From the IMG/VR virus record IMGVR_UViG_3300025122_000016, positions 1 through 59,518 of that record: a DNA stretch of 59,518 nucleotides. One strand, written 5' to 3'. Below the pieces are notes generated by a model. That model saw nothing but the letters and a program-made list of their open reading frames with translations. It was not told where the DNA came from and made no database searches. This stretch comes from a virus (taxonomy: Duplodnaviria; Caudoviricetes). The translations under genes were made by a program, and so were the position numbers. Below, in pieces: positions 55,424 through 59,518 of the stretch (positions are counted from its first letter, which is position 1; each line of letters opens with the position of its first letter).

Positions 55424-55660
55424 TTATTCTCCGGTCATTTCAAAATTTGTTAAAATAGAATATGTGGAGTCTCCACTATCAAAGCTTATTGACATACATC
55501 TTTGATACAACCACCACAGAAGTCTGCTTTTCCATGTAAGTATTGGTTCTCCCCTATTGTCAAACTTCCACTTAAGGGACTCATGCTTTTCAAAACAATG
55601 ATCACCAAATACATACATTACATCATAATATACAGACTTAAATCCAACTGTATATTCCAT
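55424..55660 (-). CDS. Hypothetical protein
   Basis: AAGGAG RBS before MEYTVGFK. Confidence 0.55.
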   Translation of the reverse strand: MEYTVGFKSVYYDVMYVFGDHCFEKHESLKWKFDNRGEPILTWKSRLLWWLYQRCMSISFDSGDSTYSILTNFEMTGE

Positions 55661-55670
55661 TAGTTTCTCC

Positions 55671-56702
55671 TTATCCAAGTAAAACATCTGAATTTTCAAT
55701 AGCCCACATACTGAAAGCCTTAGTATCCTCTAACTCCTTAGTCTTTTTCCACGCTTGCATGACACATAAGGTGGTAAACTCAGGGTCAAGTCTCGACATA
55801 TATTTAATGACATTATCAAAGTTCTTTTGATCAGCATACTGAGCGAGACTGCATGCGATAGCGTACTTAGCACTAGGATTTTCTGGAATTCTAGTTTTAT
55901 CAGGTGACTTGATACAATCTAATGGGTCAGGAACATCAACAGCTACATCTTCATGCGATGCAAATGCAACAGCGGCCCCCTCTCCGACAAGTGAGGCGTA
56001 TAAATTAAACCTCATTGATTTAGATGGGTCTTTCTTTCTAACACCACTCACTCTTTCCCACGCTCTAGGGTTAGGGTAAGCCCATTCAGCCGCACCCGTT
56101 TCAGGCATCTTAAATGCCATATCAGGATGGAACTTTAGAAAAGAAATCACAATAGGGTCGACCCCGTTCCGTATAAAGTGAGGAAGAAGCCCGTCCTTTG
56201 CCTGTGTGTCAGCACCTAACTCCATAATCGCCTCGATATGTGCATACCTAGTCTTCTGCGGCACAGAAAGACCACGATTTATACCGCCATGTTCTTTCCT
56301 ATTGCCTAATGCAATGATCTGCCACCCATCAGGTAACCTGTAGTCTCCCACTCTACGCTCTAGAACAAGAGACTGCGTAGATGCGTTCACCTCTTGAGTT
56401 CCATCAAGTATCTCTTCCAAGCAAAGAACCCCATACTTACCATCACGATCCTCATAAGGGAGAAAGTCAGGCGATGCCCACCTAGAGATACCGCCATCCA
56501 AGTAAGGTATACCCTTGATATCACTAGGGTCCATTTGTGAGGTGCGTAGTTCCATATACCCACCAACATCGTTATGTGCGTACAAATCTGTCACCTGAGT
56601 CTTACCTATACCGGAGTGACCAGTAACTAATACTGGTATACCCTGCCCTCGGTAGTATCGGTAATAAGTAGGCAACTCATGCACTGGTACTTGTATTGTC
56701 AT
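55671..56702 (-). CDS. MoxR-like AAA+ ATPase
   Basis: GHSGIGKT, D..DIKGIP, LCLEEI, ALGNR, NPRAWE. Confidence 0.88.
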   Translation of the reverse strand: MTIQVPVHELPTYYRYYRGQGIPVLVTGHSGIGKTQVTDLYAHNDVGGYMELRTSQMDPSDIKGIPYLDGGISRWASPDFLPYEDRDGKYGVLCLEEILDGTQEVNASTQSLVLERRVGDYRLPDGWQIIALGNRKEHGGINRGLSVPQKTRYAHIEAIMELGADTQAKDGLLPHFIRNGVDPIVISFLKFHPDMAFKMPETGAAEWAYPNPRAWERVSGVRKKDPSKSMRFNLYASLVGEGAAVAFASHEDVAVDVPDPLDCIKSPDKTRIPENPSAKYAIACSLAQYADQKNFDNVIKYMSRLDPEFTTLCVMQAWKKTKELEDTKAFSMWAIENSDVLLG

Positions 56703-56713
56703 ATAAAATCTCC

Positions 56714-56911
56714 TTACGCAATGATTACTTCTGGTGGAAGTGACTCAAGAACTAGCCTAGAAACAAACACTCGTTTATTATCTATAACTTTAGAGGTAGA
56801 TAATTTTACAGAGCTATCATTACCAAACTTACTTCTAAAAACTATGACAGGCTCAGCGCCCATAAATTCTTGATCGCATACAGACAGGTCGCTTAATTTA
56901 AGTGCACTCAT
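56714..56911 (-). CDS. Hypothetical early protein
   Basis: ORF in operon. Confidence 0.55.
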   Translation of the reverse strand: MSALKLSDLSVCDQEFMGAEPVIVFRSKFGNDSSVKLSTSKVIDNKRVFVSRLVLESLPPEVIIA

Positions 56912-57119
56912 CTTTCACCGTCTCCCAATCAGCATCTTCGTTAGAGTACATTGCCTGCATCTTGAATGGATCAGTTGGCTCCTCAACAACGAGCCTAGCC
57001 TGATCAAGCCTACGTTCCTTTCTATCCATACGGGCAATCTCATCCCTCCACTGGTCAAGCGAAAGGCATCCCTCATCTCTCAGTATATTGAGAGCATGCT
57101 GCGACACAGAGTAAGTCAT
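56898..57119 (-). CDS. Hypothetical early protein
   Basis: GGGAGAG RBS. Confidence 0.6.
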   Translation of the reverse strand: MTYSVSQHALNILRDEGCLSLDQWRDEIARMDRKERRLDQARLVVEEPTDPFKMQAMYSNEDADWETVKDECT

Positions 57120-57185
57120 AATTGACTCTCCCTAAGTTAACTCCGACTGAATTATCGGAGCAGTTCACAAAAGATCAGTGTCATA

Positions 57186-57359
57186 TCATGACGGATATAT
57201 CATGCACATAATACCACACTCATCCATGTAATTTGCATATGCGATTGGATCACTGAGATAGACGCGCTCTATCTGATTAGGCCTGTCTGTCCTTGCATTC
57301 CACTCATCCAACTCCCACCAACCCACATATATTACATCGTACATCCCTTCCTCTGGCAT
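57186..57359 (-). CDS. Hypothetical early protein, 57 aa
   Basis: MPEEGMYDVIYVGWWELDEW...; TAATG-coupled. Confidence 0.5.
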   Translation of the reverse strand: MPEEGMYDVIYVGWWELDEWNARTDRPNQIERVYLSDPIAYANYMDECGIMCMIYPS

Positions 57360-57826
57360 TACTCAACCTCCGTTCTGTTAGGCATTCCTAATAGCCTTAA
57401 CTTTATTAGGAATGCCTTTTCATTCTCAGAAAACTGAAAATAAAACCCCATCGTTGGAGTAATAACCTTATCGCCGAAAGGTTTATACCCCTTGCTCTCA
57501 GCAAGATAGCACAAATACCAATAGTAATCGTCATGATTATCCCATTTCTTTATTAGTTGCTCATCATTCAATAGCGGTCGAAAAAATGAAGGTTTGAAGA
57601 TGCCAAGCGGAACCTGTTCCAAAAACCACTGAAAGGATTCGGGATTGAACTTACCCCATACCTGTTCTATACCCTTACCGAGACTTGAATCCCAATGACT
57701 CCATGTTAGACCATTAACCTCACCTCCCATACTGCCTACCTCAATGTTTCCTATACCGTTAACGTGCGCTCTGTACTCCTCGGGAGAATCGAACACTAGA
57801 TTGGTGCCATATATTCTTATTGGCAT
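57359..57826 (-). CDS. Hypothetical early protein
   Basis: 155-aa ORF. Confidence 0.65.
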   Translation of the reverse strand: MPIRIYGTNLVFDSPEEYRAHVNGIGNIEVGSMGGEVNGLTWSHWDSSLGKGIEQVWGKFNPESFQWFLEQVPLGIFKPSFFRPLLNDEQLIKKWDNHDDYYWYLCYLAESKGYKPFGDKVITPTMGFYFQFSENEKAFLIKLRLLGMPNRTEVE

Positions 57827-58224
57827 TTTAACCCCCCATGTTTAACAATCAGATCAATCACCGCATCAGTGGGAACATACGGATACACTGATCCTGTAGC
57901 GTCACGATCCTCGTCCTCGATGTATGGGAGAATCGCATGGTCTGGCTTACTTGGGTAGCCAACCTCCCAATGCTTATAGTCCTTTGCGGGTAGCCCATTC
58001 TTTTTAGGCGAACAATAATGATTCTCTGATGCTTGGCAGGAAAACCTAAACCCGTCGTTGCATACAATGTAATCCCTGTTCTTCTGGTTAGTATAATAAA
58101 CTATCTTTTCATACACTTCACTGTAATGACTGCGCTCAACAGGTGGATCAATTCTATCCTGTTGCTCACAAAACAACAGTAGAGTTGCCAAATCCCTAGA
58201 AAAACCCTTCGGTACTTCACTCAT
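57817..58224 (-). CDS. Conserved phage early protein
   Basis: CNDGF.FS.QAS..HYCSP...WEVGYPS...VYPYVP...KHGG. Confidence 0.75.
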   Translation of the reverse strand: MSEVPKGFSRDLATLLLFCEQQDRIDPPVERSHYSEVYEKIVYYTNQKNRDYIVCNDGFRFSCQASENHYCSPKKNGLPAKDYKHWEVGYPSKPDHAILPYIEDEDRDATGSVYPYVPTDAVIDLIVKHGGLKCQ

Positions 58225-58233
58225 ACCTTTCTC

Positions 58234-58347
58234 CTATATTGAAAATTGAAACACATTCAACATCAACAACACCAACGACCACAACAACCAGACGTTACGC
58301 TGAAACCTCATCTCTTCCAAAGACTTCTTCAACCAATCATCATTCAT
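58234..58347 (-). CDS. Small TM early protein, 37 aa
   Basis: MNDDWLKKSLEEMRFQRNVWLLWSLVLLMLNVFQFSI. Confidence 0.5.
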   Translation of the reverse strand: MNDDWLKKSLEEMRFQRNVWLLWSLVLLMLNVFQFSI

Positions 58348-58525
58348 ACATTTCCCCTAAGATTCTAGCGAATGCTTGCCTTGATACCTTAATAGGGCAA
58401 GTTTGCCATGGTTTGCCAGCCTTAATGTGAGCCAATACTATCCTGTAAGGCCCAATAACAGGCAATCCCTTGATAGGAACACACAGGGAATTACGCTGTA
58501 ACCATTTAAGATGTTCTATAGCCAT
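58340..58525 (-). CDS. Hypothetical early protein
   Basis: GGAGAAAGGTATG start context shared with 58224. Confidence 0.55.
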   Translation of the reverse strand: MAIEHLKWLQRNSLCVPIKGLPVIGPYRIVLAHIKAGKPWQTCPIKVSRQAFARILGEMYE

Positions 58526-58550
58526 ACCTTTCTCCCTTACAGTTTAACTA

Positions 58551-58748
58551 CTACTTCTCCAAACGTGAAATCTCCGCCTGAATCGAGTCAACAGCCTTAT
58601 CAAGACAGTGCATCGCCCACATACTATTCCCGTCCAGATACCTCCAGTCTGGGACGTTATAAACCACTGACTCCAAACCCTCAAGCAAAGGAACTAACCT
58701 CTCCAGAAACTCTCTGGATCGGCTCTCTACCTTATCTTTAACAGACAT
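58551..58748 (-). CDS. Hypothetical early protein
   Basis: GGGAGG RBS. Confidence 0.6.
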   Translation of the reverse strand: MSVKDKVESRSREFLERLVPLLEGLESVVYNVPDWRYLDGNSMWAMHCLDKAVDSIQAEISRLEK

Positions 58749-58768
58749 ATCAGTACATTCCTCCCTGT

Positions 58769-58951
58769 TTATTTATCGTGATCTTCGCTATCGAAAAGGT
58801 GATACCACACACCCGTCAATTCGCACCTTATCGGGAACTTTGATGTATGAATTTCACTGCAACAGCACTCCTCGCTACACTCACCTGTCCAACTACCGCG
58901 AATATTTTCATCGCGATATATACTATCAAGTCCAAGATGTAAATCTGGCAT
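58769..58951 (-). CDS. Small Cys-rich early protein
   Basis: AGGAG RBS. Confidence 0.55.
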   Translation of the reverse strand: MPDLHLGLDSIYRDENIRGSWTGECSEECCCSEIHTSKFPIRCELTGVWYHLFDSEDHDK

Positions 58952-58975
58952 ACACTACTCCTGTAGGTTAAATGG

Positions 58976-59287
58976 TTACTTGAAACTACCGTGCAAACCT
59001 CTACTAGACGGTCTGCTACCCTTCCTATTACCACGTACACGTACAGGCTGAGGCAATAAGTCAGATTTGCGCTGAAACACACGAGCATCCGCACGTTCAC
59101 GCTTTCCGTCAGAATTACAGGCCAAAACAACCAGCAATTCAAGGGATTTTGGGGACGCATTTGCCCAGTGCGGTGTACCCTGACGTGTGCGACCGCTAGA
59201 GTCCGTCCAACGATCACACTTCAAACCGTCAGTCATAGGACGATCGCGCTCAGCAATACTCCGATTCAACATATCTATAAAGTCCAC
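58976..59287 (-). CDS. Hypothetical early protein
   Basis: GGAG RBS just downstream of the 59300-59346 hairpin. Confidence 0.55.
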   Translation of the reverse strand: MDFIDMLNRSIAERDRPMTDGLKCDRWTDSSGRTRQGTPHWANASPKSLELLVVLACNSDGKRERADARVFQRKSDLLPQPVRVRGNRKGSRPSSRGLHGSFK

Positions 59288-59299
59288 ATTACGCTCCGC

Positions 59300-59346
59300 A
59301 GGTTGATTGAGGGATCACACTCTTTCGAGTGTGACCCGTACAATCA
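59300..59346 (-). promoter_or_regulatory. Long hairpin between early genes 1 and 2 (RNase III/processing-site-like)
   Basis: UGAUUG-UAC-GGGUCACACUC-GAAA-GAGUGUGAUCC-CU-CAAUCA on -; no U-tract. Confidence 0.65.
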
Positions 59347-59373
59347 TGCAGCTTTGTCTTCGATCAAAGGCAG

Positions 59374-59518
59374 TCCAGCATCGACTAACAGTTTATGTAG
59401 TCGGATAACCTCAAGTCTGACTTGCGGATCGGTAATCTGCAATTTTGACTCTGCCGGATGGGAATCAACAGCATCGTTGGCGCGTTTCAAGATTTTGAGA
59501 AGTAACCACGTCGGAACC
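59374..59518. repeat. Terminal direct repeat, right copy
   Basis: Matches 1-145 with one mismatch. Confidence 0.95.

Noticed and set aside
1-59518. CRISPR array, tRNA genes, integrase/att site, intron or intein
   Set aside because: No regularly spaced repeats or cloverleafs seen; no tyrosine/serine recombinase motifs; TerL, RNR and helicase are of normal length without intein signatures. Checked by eye only.

Overview
The window is an apparently complete, circularly permuted ~59.4 kb dsDNA phage genome (Caudoviricetes) with podovirus-like morphogenesis: no tape measure, tail tube or sheath. The first 145 nt repeat at the end with one synonymous mismatch, and a 185-aa gene runs through the junction. 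The two arms diverge from a control region at ~530-1310. The + arm (1.3-43 kb) encodes peptide deformylase, TerS and TerL, a ~10 kb island of fibre, glycine-rich and chaperone genes between TerL and portal, scaffold, MCP, two glyco-enzymes (DUF115/Maf-like and GT9), an adaptor, a split nozzle gene and ejection proteins. The ejection proteins include a lysozyme-domain protein and a 3248-aa polyvalent protein with metallopeptidase, ADP-ribosyltransferase and possible methyltransferase domains. The - arm encodes early proteins, an AAA/vWA module, a T7-type primase-helicase, HJ resolvase, Q-like antiterminator, NinB, Sak/Rad52, exonuclease, SSB, dUTPase, class II RNR and a metallophosphoesterase. 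I found no DNA polymerase, integrase, repressor, tRNA, CRISPR array or stand-alone endolysin. The best novelty candidates are (i) a ~500-nt GC-rich, hairpin-dense leader RNA plus a long-range duplex enclosing the first early gene, (ii) a modular, apparently branched fibre array with recombination scars, (iii) possible virion glycosylation, (iv) a nozzle gene split by an inserted fibre gene and (v) the injected polyvalent effector. All family assignments are motif recognition by eye; no searches were run.
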